The position numbers and the translations under genes are program-made. A model generated the notes under the pieces. It saw only the letters and a program-made list of their open reading frames with translations, was not told where the DNA came from and did no database searches. From Lepidodermella squamata (lineage: Eukaryota > Animalia > Gastrotricha): 64,000 nucleotides of DNA. This document shows, in pieces, positions 25,357 to 37,381 of the stretch. Positions within the stretch are counted from its first letter, which is position 1. The number at the start of each line of letters is the position of its first letter. The stretch covers positions 2,542,001-2,606,000 of the forward strand of contig JBLDXI010000054.1 of assembly GCA_047495785.1 (NCBI GenBank), given 5' to 3'.

Positions 25357-28300
25357 ATAAACTGCTTCATGCCGACGAATTGCTGCTGAAATTCCTGAAC
25401 GAGCGAGTTGGCAATTGTGTGAAAGCTCGAACACCGGTTAGGAATTTCGCGCATGTGTGCGTAGAATATGTCAACGCCGCGCCGGAAAACTGTCACCAAA
25501 TTTTGCATTTTCGCGAAGCGAGCTTGACACTTTCCTGGGCCGCCGAGTAAATGCATCATTGCTAGCTCATAAGAGTGGCGGACGAGGGGAATTTGACCCG
25601 AATTGGCCAAAGTATTGTTATCTGAAAATTATTGAAAAAGATACTTTTAAATATTGAAAAAATTGAAATTAAAAAATTGAAAAATGTATAAAAATCCCAG
25701 CTTAAAAAATCAAAAAAATCCCAAAATTATAAAAAAAATTGGAAACAATTTAATTTCAAGTTTAAATTTAAATTTGAACCTTTTAAAATAAAATAAAAAT
25801 CCCAGAATTTTTTTTCGAAATAATGAGTACAATTACCTGGGCTAAAGCATAGGAGAGCGCAAAATACGGCGAATTCGCGGAGGTTAGCAATAGTTGCCGC
25901 CATTTGATTGCCAACATAGCACAAGTAGCTTTTGATCATGAAGTCATTTTCGGCGTCTGTATGCGACGTAAGCATCGAAATGCCGGCGCACAGCCCGGAA
26001 TTGCGATCAATAACAAAGTTGGCCGGCATTTGTGAGGCGTGGTCAAAGTTGAGCGACATTTGCGCGGCCAGGACAGGGAAGAATGAGTACAGGTACAGCA
26101 GCGTTCGGTCCTGTATTCCGATCGACGTTACGCCAGGTAGGGTCGTCAGAAATTCGCTGATTGATTTGACGTAAACAACGAACGCATCGGCTTTTACAGC
26201 AACAACCTCTTCAACGGTCATTTCTGGGGTGATTACAACTTTTGTCTGCAAAAAAATAAGAATTTTTTAAGAAATATGGAAGATAGGAAATTAGTAAAAA
26301 ACTAGCTTAAATTTTAAAATTTTAAAATTAATTTTTATTGAAATTTACCTGAGCAATTGGAGTTAATTTGACGGAAGCCGCCACGCATCGCTGAACTAGC
26401 CATTCAGCGAATGAATTTTGGGGTTGAGACACATGGGCCGGTCTTTGCGGTTCGGGCGAGGTTTGCTGGCTACTAGACGACGGGCCCATGAGGATCTGAC
26501 TCAAGGTCAACCGCGGCGCCTGGGCGTAGGCAGCACCCACCTGCGCCGCCACACTCGCCGCCACCGCCGCAGAGGTCGCCGAGGTCAAATCTGTGCCGAA
26601 AATAGCGGCCATGTCGTAGTCGAAGGCAGCCGACGCAGCTTGGACGTTGTTCGGGGTTTGGGCGGGTAGTGGGACAGCGACCGGGGTCGGAGCGGGCGCC
26701 GGGGTGACAATTTGCGCAGGCTCAGCCGCGAACATGTAAACATCGCCGTTATTGGCGGTTGTTTGGAACAGCGAGAAAAAAGTCGGCTGTTGCGACTGTT
26801 GCTGCTGTTGCTGCTGCTGCTGCTGATTCTGAGGGCTACCCAAATTCGATGCCTGACTATGCTGGCCAGGCGATTTCATCGAAGCTGAATCGCAATTATT
26901 ATTGCTATGCGGGTTGATAATTTCTTGTTGTTGTTGCTGCTGCTGCTGCTGATGCAACTGTTGTTGGGACATGTTGATAGCCGCAAATTGCTGGTTACTC
27001 GCGGCTTGGTACAGCGCGTAGTGTTGGATGTTGCTAGAGTCGTTATTCGCGGATGATTCTAAGAATGCTACTGGTGAGACCGAGCGTGGCTCAGGGCTTA
27101 GCATACTAGTAGTTGCGCCTGGTGATTGGTCAGGCACGGCTGATTCGCAAGAAAACCCAGCATTCACCCCACTATCGGGCGAATCGGCCTCGTTTTGCTG
27201 TGGTATTGGGTTCAGGCGTCTAGCGACCGGTTTCTCCCTAAAAAAATAATCAATAAAATGTTGTTATTTTTCTCCGAATTTGTTCGAAAAATTTCAATTT
27301 TTTATTCGATTTAATGTGTTAATTTTTTTCGATTTTTCAAATATTTTTCGTAATTTTAATCTAATTAATTTTGATTTTATACTTACACAATGGTTCGCCG
27401 TGGCGGTGGTGGGTTGCTCATTTCCATGTCATCCTCCGAAAAGTCGTCATCGATATCATTCTGAATCATATCATTAGTCATATCATCCGGCCCATCGTCG
27501 GCCATGTCATCAATATCGTCCTCAATATCGTCTAGGTCATCGTCGTCGTCTAGGTCAATGTTGCTCACGGCATTATTGCGCGCGCTTATTTTAACCAACG
27601 CCTTGATCAACTTGCGCGTGTCCTGCGAATACCGGCCCAGCTGGCAGTTGTCCAGCTTCATGCCGGCATCGTAGCACCGACGCAGGCGGCAATGGCGGCA
27701 CTTTGTTCTAGGGTCGCACAGCGATTTCGGTTTAAATTCCACGTAAGGGTCGAGATTGCGCGGCCGTTGCTGGCAAACCAGTCCTGTTCGATGCTTCTGA
27801 CTCGTCGCTCGGCCGAAAAAAATCTTGCACCCTTCACATGAAACCACACCGAAGTGAAAGCCGTTGCCTGTTAAGAAACAATAATAATAATTTTTAATTT
27901 ATTCATAAAAATTATTGATAATTTTAATGCGCGCAAAGTCCAAATTTTCAATATTACCGCGCGCGCTGATGTCAAAGGGCTACTTTTGAATAACCAGGCG
28001 GTTTTTATACCAAATTAAAGCTCAGAAAATTTGCAGTCGATTGAATACTTGGATCCCGCTCGAACAAATTGACGGGAAAATTGTATAAGCGCACAATAAG
28101 TTGTTAGTCGGTTGTGAGATGGAACTTGTGTGTGCGCACACAATTTTTTAAGCGAAAAACAAGAATTTAATCGACTGCAAATTTTCTGAATTTTAATTTG
28201 GTGTAAAAACCGCCAGATTATTTGAAAGTAGTCCTTTGACATCAATTTTTTGATAATCAGCCAAATTAATTTAAAAAAGTCCAGCTTAATTTTTCTGAAA

Positions 28301-28799
28301 ATTATTACAAAAAATCCGGAAAATTCTTACTTGGAGCACCGCAAACGGCACATGGGATTTTCGCAAATTGAGCGCCGAAGCTACTCCGCGGCTTTTTCCC
28401 ACCAGTCGCATCTAGCATAGCCCGTCGTTTCGCCGCTCGTTGCGCCTTCAACTTTTTAAGCGCGGCCGTCGTCGCCGCTGCTTTATCTTCGTCAGTCAGC
28501 GTCGGCCGTTGCGTAGCCTGAATGTGCTCCAGCACGCTGGCGCACAGCTTAAAGCGGCATGGCCGACATTTATTGAGGTCAGACGATGTTTTATGCTTCG
28601 CATTCGGCTCTTGGCACACGCACTCCGTATCCTTTGGCACGCCTTTCGTCTGACATCGCCAGTGAAATTTACGGCAAGCTTCGCAGATTGACAACTTTGG
28701 CAGATCGACGGGTTCCTGGTTGTGGCGACCGATCGGCCGCCGGATAATGCCGGGTATTGACCTGCGACACACGCCGCAAAACAGCGTTGGACCATCCAT
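25215..28799 (-). CDS. Two-DBD nuclear receptor NR4, long divergent member with polyQ and Asp-rich tracts
   Basis: DBD1 CGVC..CEACRKFHW..CVC..CRPCRFKLC; DBD2 CAVCGAPS|..FHFGVVSCEGCKIFFGR..CRHCRLRRC..GM; LBD FLTTLPGVTSIGIQDRTLLY, EFAVFCALL, SLVQEF. Some internal and 3' exon boundaries less certain. Confidence 0.85.
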
Positions 28800-31169
28800 C
28801 TCAGGGTGAGTAAAAAACTAGGAGAAAAAAATATTTAAAATTGCCTTCAACTTTAAACCTGAAGGTTGAATTTAAGTTATTAAAAAAATAATGGAGATTG
28901 CTTATAACTTTGTAATAACTTTTCTAGAGTGGCGGAAATTAGTTCACCAAAGAAATTCGGGTAATAATCTAGAAGCATCCTAAAAGACTCTAGTTTCGAT
29001 TTTCGGTAATATTTCAGGCTGGTCAATAAGAGGTTGATACAACTGTAGACAGGCCATGTGGGCCATTCAAAATTTGAAACGCAAAAAATAGCTGCAAATG
29101 TTTTTTATGTAATGATCATCCCCGATTGAGCTTTGCACCGCACCGTCCGAACCAACCAGCTGGCGCGCGACTGTGAAGAAACATGTTTATCACCAGCACA
29201 ACGACGACGGCCTTTTTCAACTCGGTGTGGTGATGGCCTATTCATTCGAAAGCGCGTGCTAGCTACTCATTCGTGTTTATGAAGCTTTAAAATAGTTGCT
29301 TAAGAGAGTTGTTGTACACTTTTTTGTTTAATAATAATTGACTTAAAAGGCTAGCAGTAGCTTGTATTATTGCTGCTCATCGCGGCCGACCTGGTTCGTC
29401 CAAGCGCATCATCAACGCGCGCACGGCTTTATTGTTTTTATTATATAGCGTAATAACAAAAAAAATTTTAACTACGCAAAACGCGTGGTTTTCGAATCGC
29501 CGTCGTCAAAGTTTCTTTGTTAAAAACTACTTTACATGAGAGATAACAAAAGCCAAGTAACCGGCCTTTTTGTGGCTTCAAGGTAGGCGGTTAGTATAGT
29601 TTCGACTCACTATTATGCGATTAATAATAATAATGGCCTTCAAATATATAGTTAATAATTATTACAAGTGGATTTGATGTTAACGTCATCGCAGTTGTTT
29701 TCTCTCTTATCTCATGGTAGATTTGAGGTGCATTTTGTTATTTGACAGACAGTGGTAACCTTGCGATGTTGACAATAGGGGACTAATTATCAGCCTAATT
29801 AACGAGTTCACAATTATTAGTAATTAGCTGACACGAATCGCGACTGACGCGCGCGAAGAACACGCGCCAAGAACAATTAAGCAAGAAAAGACAATTAAAG
29901 CGGAAATAATGAAAAGAATAGGTGCAGGTCGATAATTCAGCCAAGTTTCGAAGGGTGACACAAAATGAAGTCTTTGCAACGTTCGCAATGTTCACACTGG
30001 TTACCTCGCAAAAACGCATCGCAAGGCGAATAATATATACATTTTTAAATAAAATATTTTTTCTGAATGGATTATTCAATTTGAAAAGAAGTGCCATGAA
30101 AAATGTAAGAAAATTAAACTTCGTATTGACTATTTGGGTCTTGGAACGAGTGGAAGCGAATATATTTCATTCATTAGCTCAAACGTGCAAAGTTCGAAAT
30201 TTCTCAAAAAAATTAATTTATTTTGATTAAAATTTCGCACACTGCCGAATCTTCACTTGGGCAGCTTGGCTCAATTGAGATATAGCAAAATTATCGGAAA
30301 ATTTAAATTTTTAGCTCCGTCTAAATTTTTAGTTTTGAAATTTCCGGTAGAATTATTCTCTTTTTTATTGCGAGCTAAACCTGATTGGTCAATAATTTGC
30401 CGAGGTGTTCCAACTGTCAAGTATTGAACCTTAGATCCCCGTAAAGTTGAAATAAAAATTATGCCGAATTTTGGATTTTGCTTCAAAAACGTTAAAATTG
30501 CAAAAAATCATAATTTGATGATTTCAGGCCACATTGCGGGCAAAGTCCTATGCGGGTCTTTAAGCGGATCCTGCGCTATAGGATCTAAGGTTACACTGCC
30601 TTTTCACCAAAATGAAGCGCAAGACATCCTGTTTCCTGTTTGAAAAAAAATTGAAAAAATATTCTACCTCCGGTTTTACCAACTAGTGACATATTGGTGA
30701 CATTTTCCTAACGTAAAATGGGATTTCCGCGAAGGTTTTTATTTTGCAATCCCAATTTGACGTGGAATACAGAGTTTTCGAAGAAATGAATACTGCGTAA
30801 CTTGGAACTCATCCAAGCGCTCTCTTTTCAAGTGGGAGCCACTTTTTCTGAGTGCAAACCTTATATACCTATAAGATCACCTGAACCTTATCGGCACAGG
30901 GTCAAAAGACTTTGGCGTATCGAGGAGCAATACTATTCAACAATCTGTCGACTGATGCACAAAGTGCTATCTCAGCTAATAGCTGCCGCCAACAAACTTA
31001 CCTGGAACTCCTGAAAAAACCATTCGCTTTTTCTAATAATTCAAAAATCATTAAATAATTCACCGGAAATCTGAAACGGAACTGATACTATCATGGCACT
31101 CTGACTACTCTACTGCGGCTGCACTTTCTTTTTTCACTATCGAGCTTCCTTCCTGGATATCATGCTCAT

Positions 31170-31198
31170 TAAATAAATAAATAAATAAATAAATAAAT
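31170..31198. repeat. (TAAA)n microsatellite
   Basis: Directly visible. Confidence 0.8.
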
Positions 31199-33059
31199 GC
31201 TGTTATAAATGTATTCCTGATCAATTATGGCATTTTCTTGACCTATTCCACGGTTGAGGACTAAAGAAATCCCGAAATTTTTAAGCTGGATTGAAATCTT
31301 GAGATGAAAAATATGGAGAAAGGAAGAATTGTATGAAGCTGTATCGATATGTTATCAGTGCCTCGGATTAATCCTTGACAGTGAATTATGAAGCTATAAA
31401 ATTGAAGCTTGGTGAAGCATGGTCAAGAGAACTTGGGAATTATTGCCGGTAAAAAGGGGTGTTTTATTCAAGCAGAAAGTTTTCAACTAATTACCCCGAG
31501 CCCAATCCACGGGGTTGCGTTTTTAGCAATTAACATGAAAGCGGGGTGCCTGGGAAAAGCACTTATTTACAGCCCACGTTTTAATTATGAATTTTCTTCA
31601 CCCGTGGGCACCATTACATGTAAGATAACAAAAAGACAGTGCTTAGAGCTTCTTTATCATCTATACTATATTTTTGTGTTGAACTTATTTTCAAAATGTC
31701 TGGTAAACACACAGGTAATTTCAGTAATTAAAAATTGAAAATCTATTGTTAAACATCTTGTCGCCCGCGCGAGCCACTAGTTTTCAACCTCGCTTGCGGG
31801 TAAATACTATAATTGAGTAATTAAGAATTGTTACGTCACGTGTAAGTTGCCGCTGCCAATGCGCGTAAAAACAAGCAACCCACGCAGTTGAATGAAAAAA
31901 TTGACTCACCACCGCAAACCTGACAATTTTAGGCTAATGACAAGAGCAAAAAAAACTGAATACGACCGGACTTTGTATCAGTCACAGAGGTCAGACTGGC
32001 CAGATAGAAAACAGGAAGCAGGAAACAGATATGTTTTCATTAAATCATTTTTTTAAGGAGGAGTATTTATTTTCTTATTTGCATTGATTTCCTGAATATG
32101 GGCCATTCTTCTCCTCCATCGAACCTCGAACTTCATTTCCAAGTCGGCTCTTTTCCGCGATTCTCGGCGAATTCGGCAATTAATACAGCGATTAATACAA
32201 AGATCCATTGAGTTTATAAACAACACAGAATCAGCCAACTTTCAAGTTAACGGAAACTTGCAAGAAAACCGGCGACCGGCAGAAGGCTTTTAGATGGAAA
32301 GCCCTAACTTGAAGTCTTAAAACTGGAAGACTGGGTCACTAAGCACTACTGCTGGGTTTTATTACATTACGATCCTACCGATATGACTACTACTATTCCT
32401 TTAGTCGTTTTACCAAGCGATTCTTCCCAGTTTCCAACTTTTTAGCATTTCCGCATTTACGTTTATCAGCCTGATGCAATTTCCGCAATAAAACTTATTT
32501 CTGCCGTTCGTTGCATTATAGTCCGGCTTTGCAGGATCAAAGTCCACGTTTAGCTGATTAATGAGTTCGTCAGTTCGTCACTTCGTCGTCGTCGTCGTGT
32601 CCGAAAAAATTGCAGAAAATGATCTAAAGTACTGAATGACCATAAAAATTGGAACCGATGGACTTGGAATCGAACCTTAAAATATCTTATAAAGCACAGG
32701 GCACGCAGCAGAAAAAATCGCAGTAAGGCCTTTATTTCTGAAATCTACCTTTGACTCAACCTTTGTCACATCTGTGTGAATCAGACCCCGCCAAAATTGT
32801 TTACGTTTTTTTATAACAGATTCGAATTCGGCGCATCAAAATAGGGTACTTTACTCAAACCCGAAAGCTAAATGCCGATCTTCGAGATGGACATTTCCGC
32901 TTTTCATCGGGTACAATAATTTTCTGCTAATAATTACCATTTCCGCTGAAAATCAGATGGCCATTCCTTGATTGCTATATGTATGCCATAGAGAAAAAAT
33001 GACCAGAGAAAGCACTCAAGCTAAAATTTCTAAATCCTCATTTTAATTCAAAGTTGACT

Positions 33060-33326
33060 TTCTCAAAACGGATATCTCCGTTTTCTACCAAATTTTGCAT
33101 GCCTATAGAACACGAGCTGCTCTTTCTCGTGGTATAAGATTTGAGGTGGGCAGCCCAACCGTTGTTACGATACAAAAACCTCGTTTTCACTATGGTTTTA
33201 CTTATTTTGATGATATCAAGACTGAGCAGCAATTGCCCACCTCAAATCTTATACCACGTGAAAGAGCAGCTCGCGTTCTATAGGCATGCAAAATTTGGTA
33301 GAAAACGGAGATATCCGTTTTGAGAA
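33060..33326. repeat. Long inverted repeat, ~93-bp arms (33060-33152 / 33234-33326) with ~81-bp spacer; probably a MITE or part of one
   Basis: TTCTCAAAACGGATATCTCCGTTTTCTACC... is mirrored by ...GGTAGAAAACGGAGATATCCGTTTTGAGAA with about two mismatches. Confidence 0.85.
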
Positions 33327-34525
33327 CGCACTTGTATAATAATGGAGATCAATATTTTAGCTTGACATTTTTCTGTAGGGGCATACCCCTTTTTTGCACC
33401 CTATTTTGGCTCCTGAACCGGCGGAATTTTATGGTGAAAGATTCATGGCGATCCGAGTTGTCACTTTTTTGCTGTAATTTTAAAAAATATGAAAATGCAA
33501 GTCGGCTGGTTTTAGTCACATTTTTAGTTGTCATATGAAATAAGACATTGGTCGGATGAAAAAGTTTTCCTCGGTATAATATTATGTATTTCTGTGCGTT
33601 TTATTGAATTACGTGTAATAAGGAATCGAGCTGGCGAAGGGTTTATCTGGAATTTTGCGAAGAAGCTGGCGCCGACTTAGCCCAAAAATAATATTGAGTT
33701 AACCGACTTTGATTCGGAAGCTCTAACCCAGGCTAAATATCCTGAGCCTCGTCCATACGCACTAAAACACCGCACTATCAAATAGTCTCGACGTTGCAGA
33801 AAATGACTCGGAACGTCGGAGAGTCGAAGTTGGAAAAAAGTTGTGTGAATGCCTGGATATGCTGATAATAAGAGACAAATGACAGTAATACCTTCCGTCT
33901 ATTATGCTGAATTCAATAGAACACCAAGGCATCGTCGAAGATATTATTGGGAAATTAACTTAACGGAAACGGCGTTGAGTGTTTTTTCCCATTCAAAAAT
34001 TTGACGATACACATTGGTCCTTCAGCTTTCACAGACTTTATACAATTGCGGAAACCCTGATTATTAGCAATTAGCGGAACAAATGGTTAGGTGGAAGTGG
34101 AGGACGCGACCATCCTCATCTCATTCATTGCGGCTCTTGATCAGTGTATTTTTGATCGGCAATCTCCTCGAATTCCGAACAGCTCTGGAGTTAGATGTTT
34201 GCCTGTCGAAGTTGCTAACGAGAGAAGTTGCAATTAATGATAAGTTTCCTATCTACATCGCCGTCTCAGTTGCCATTTTTCAAGGGTTCGCGAATTTCCG
34301 GCTAGTTACTTGTGTTAGAAGATGCTTCGATCACGTTTATTGTTTAGGGTCACCGGCTGCTTTGTAATCCGACTCAAGTACAAAAGGCGGCACTCCATGA
34401 CACCGGTAAATAATATATTTGAAAAATTGTTTTGCCAAGTTCACATGCATCATAACCAATGCCATCAGGCAAGTTAAAAAATGGCGTCACAGACATTAAC
34501 GATAAGCAAAGTTGTCCCGTGAAAG

Positions 34526-36204
34526 TTACGAATCTTGATGTAAAAGCTGTGTTTTGAAGTCGAAAATAAGCGGCGAGTGCGTTTGAAGTAATTGGCACAT
34601 GATGGGCAGAACGCGGGGCTGGTGGCGGAAAATCGAACGAAAGACGGTAGAAACACTCGGAAAATGCTCCAACATTGCGAAAATTCTCGCCAATCGGCCA
34701 TTGGAATTCGAGTCTCGTCGGCAGAGGCGAATCATCGCAATCTCATATTGCTCCCGCAACTTGGCGACATCATCAGGTTGGTTCAATACAATGCCATCTG
34801 GGGAAATTTAAAGGCTTAAAATGAACCCGACATTCAATCTCCGACTTACCTGCATTGAGGCTTAGCAAAGCGCAGAATATGGAAAATTCGTCAATTTTGG
34901 AAATCGTCGATGCCATCATGTTGCCAGAGGTCTGATGCAGTTCTTCAAGCGTCGCAAAGTGCTGATTGATAATCGCTATCTCTTCCTCATTATCTCGGCC
35001 AGTTTCAGCGAAGCATTGTGAAATCATCAACTGCTTTAAACGAAATCGCGATTCATCGTCCACAAGCGACATAAAGTTGCCCCGCTGCTGGTCGACATCG
35101 AATTCAAGTGACAGCTGAGCTACAACAATCGGGAAAAAACTCGATGTGAAAAGGGCTATACGATCCGCAATGTCTAATTGATTAACCCCAGGCAGAGACA
35201 GGAAGAAATCGCTAACACATTTAAGGTAAATTTCATCGGTTCGGAATCGGAGTGTTATCGCGTCCTGAAAGGAAGTATCAGGCGCAAAAACGATACGAGC
35301 CCTGTTGATCGGGGCTAAATAGGCCGCCGATTCAACAGCCCGCGCTACCAGCGCGTTCGTATCAATCGGAAGATTGAATGGTGTCGAGTTGGAGATGGCC
35401 GATAGCGAAGACGAATCATTCGACATCACAGCTTGCTCGCTGTCAAATTTTTTCGACGAGCTGCTTTCCTCTGATTTTGCCTCCTTACCCCGGCGGCGGG
35501 TGACAACCGGCAGTAGGCTACCCTCTTCAGCTGCTTTTCGCAGAGCAACTTTAATCTCGACTTTTCGGTCAATAGGCGTGCTACGGGGAGCGACTTCACC
35601 CAGGGTCATGCCTGCATTTCGGCACCGTTCTAGCCGGCATTTCCGACAGTTTGAATCCGGTGGGCAGGGTCCGTTATTCCGATTCTGATTTTTGCACACA
35701 TATTGCAGCTTGAAATCGCGCCTCACAGAGCGTCGGTAGAAAATTTTGCACCCATCACAAGCTACAACGCCATAGTGGACCCCGGTGCCTTAAAAATAAT
35801 AAAATTCCACTTTGAACTGATAATTAAGAGAAATCCTCACTTGAACAGCCGCAAATCGTGCAAGGGAACTTGTTGAAATCGATACGATAGTGGCTTTTCG
35901 CAGTATCTTTGATGTCACCCATTGGCAATTCGTAAAATCTGCGCTGATCCACTACAGCTTCGCATTGTTTGAAGCGGCAGTAGCGGCAATTCTTCAAATG
36001 TTCAACATCCACTTGCTGCCCGCCCTGGAACTCTTTGCATTCGTCGATGGACGCGTTCTTGTAACGGCACCAAAATTTACGGCAAGCCTCGCATAACAGG
36101 TGATTCTTGACTGCCTCCAGGTGATCGAGCAATTGCTGCTTGCGGAAGACGATAGGCGAGCGTTTGCAAACTTGGCATTCAGCTTTGAATTCATACGGTG
36201 GCAT
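34526..36204 (-). CDS. Two-DBD nuclear receptor NR5 (3 exons)
   Basis: [21 protein letters not shown]; DBD2 GVHYGVVACDGCKIFYRRS; LBD FFLSLPGVNQLDIADRIALF; HSPLIFDF. Confidence 0.9.
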
Positions 36205-37381
36205 AGTGGGTTATTTTTTTAAAGCGATTCAATTCTACGGACAAAAAATGTGATGAACAGCCTCACATAATGTGTGTAAAATGCTTATCAAAAAATAACG
36301 TTTTTTTGAATGAAAGCCGCTTTGATGAGAACACTCAAGAGTGAGGAAAGCAAGATGTTGCGGCACGAGTTTTTCTGTAATTTTGGCCATGAACTAGGGT
36401 CAACAGTTTGAGCGACAAAAAATGTTCTGCTTTTTATTTATAGGCGGATACATAGTAATAGAAGCTACTTTAAAATTGCTGAGAGCTTAATTTGCCACCT
36501 ATTAAAAGTAGCGGAAAGGATCGATAATGCCTGAGATAACGCACAGCCCTCTACCCGAAATATTTAACGTGGTCAACTTCATATTTAGCGAAATTCCCAA
36601 CCCACGCTTCCTATCAGTACATAACCTTGTATCGAAGGTGAGCAGCATTGCAAGATAGATTTTACTGCTGAATTCCAAGGACAGTATGACACAATATGGA
36701 TAGAATTGGGCGATTAGAAAAATTAAGCCAAACAAATGACATTTCTGTTAGTGGCCTATTATTTGTCTGGGTACAAAAAGTAGGGCAAAAATTTCCGTCC
36801 ACGTTTAAGAGCCAATTGCTAACACGACACCAACCACAACTTCAAGAGTTCGTTTCTTGTCTCGTCATTTTTATAAAAAAGATTAAAGAAGCCCTTCTAA
36901 ATTTTGTTCCTATGAGTTCACCTGTTTTTTTGGCTCTAACTAAACAAGACTCCAAGAAAAAGCTAGTCTGAGAATTTATGGATGACTCAGCGAACGCTTG
37001 CTAACATGGCGTGGCTACTTTGTCTTTATGGTGATGAGATGAATTGTCCGTTGGACTAGCCGTACTAGAGCATCATAAGCATCGATGAATCGCGTGTATT
37101 TCTTTATATAAGTAATGCTGTTTTAGAAGTTGGGAAAGAAAGCTGCCACAAGGCTAGCGAAAAACTATCATTGAAATTAACTGTTAGAAAGCGAGAAAAG
37201 GCACTGAAATGCGCCAAACAGGTAACTGTGTTCAATTTTATTTTTTCAGAAAAAATAATACTGTTGCCGATCATTTACAGTTTCAAGATTACCTGTGTTT
37301 CGATATTTTTAAGAAAAAAAAATGCGCTGCGATTGTAGTATTGTAGTAAGAAGTTGGAAGTATTCGTAATCAGTTCGGCAT

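Noticed and set aside
25209-25550. Plus-strand poly-Leu ORF resembling a signal or TM segment
   Set aside because: It is the antisense reading of the NR4 CAG/CAA polyQ tract.
28800-34500. Scattered 60-110 aa ORFs in the long intergenic region
   Set aside because: No motifs, AT-rich composition and no coherent splice structure; treated as non-coding or repeat-derived.
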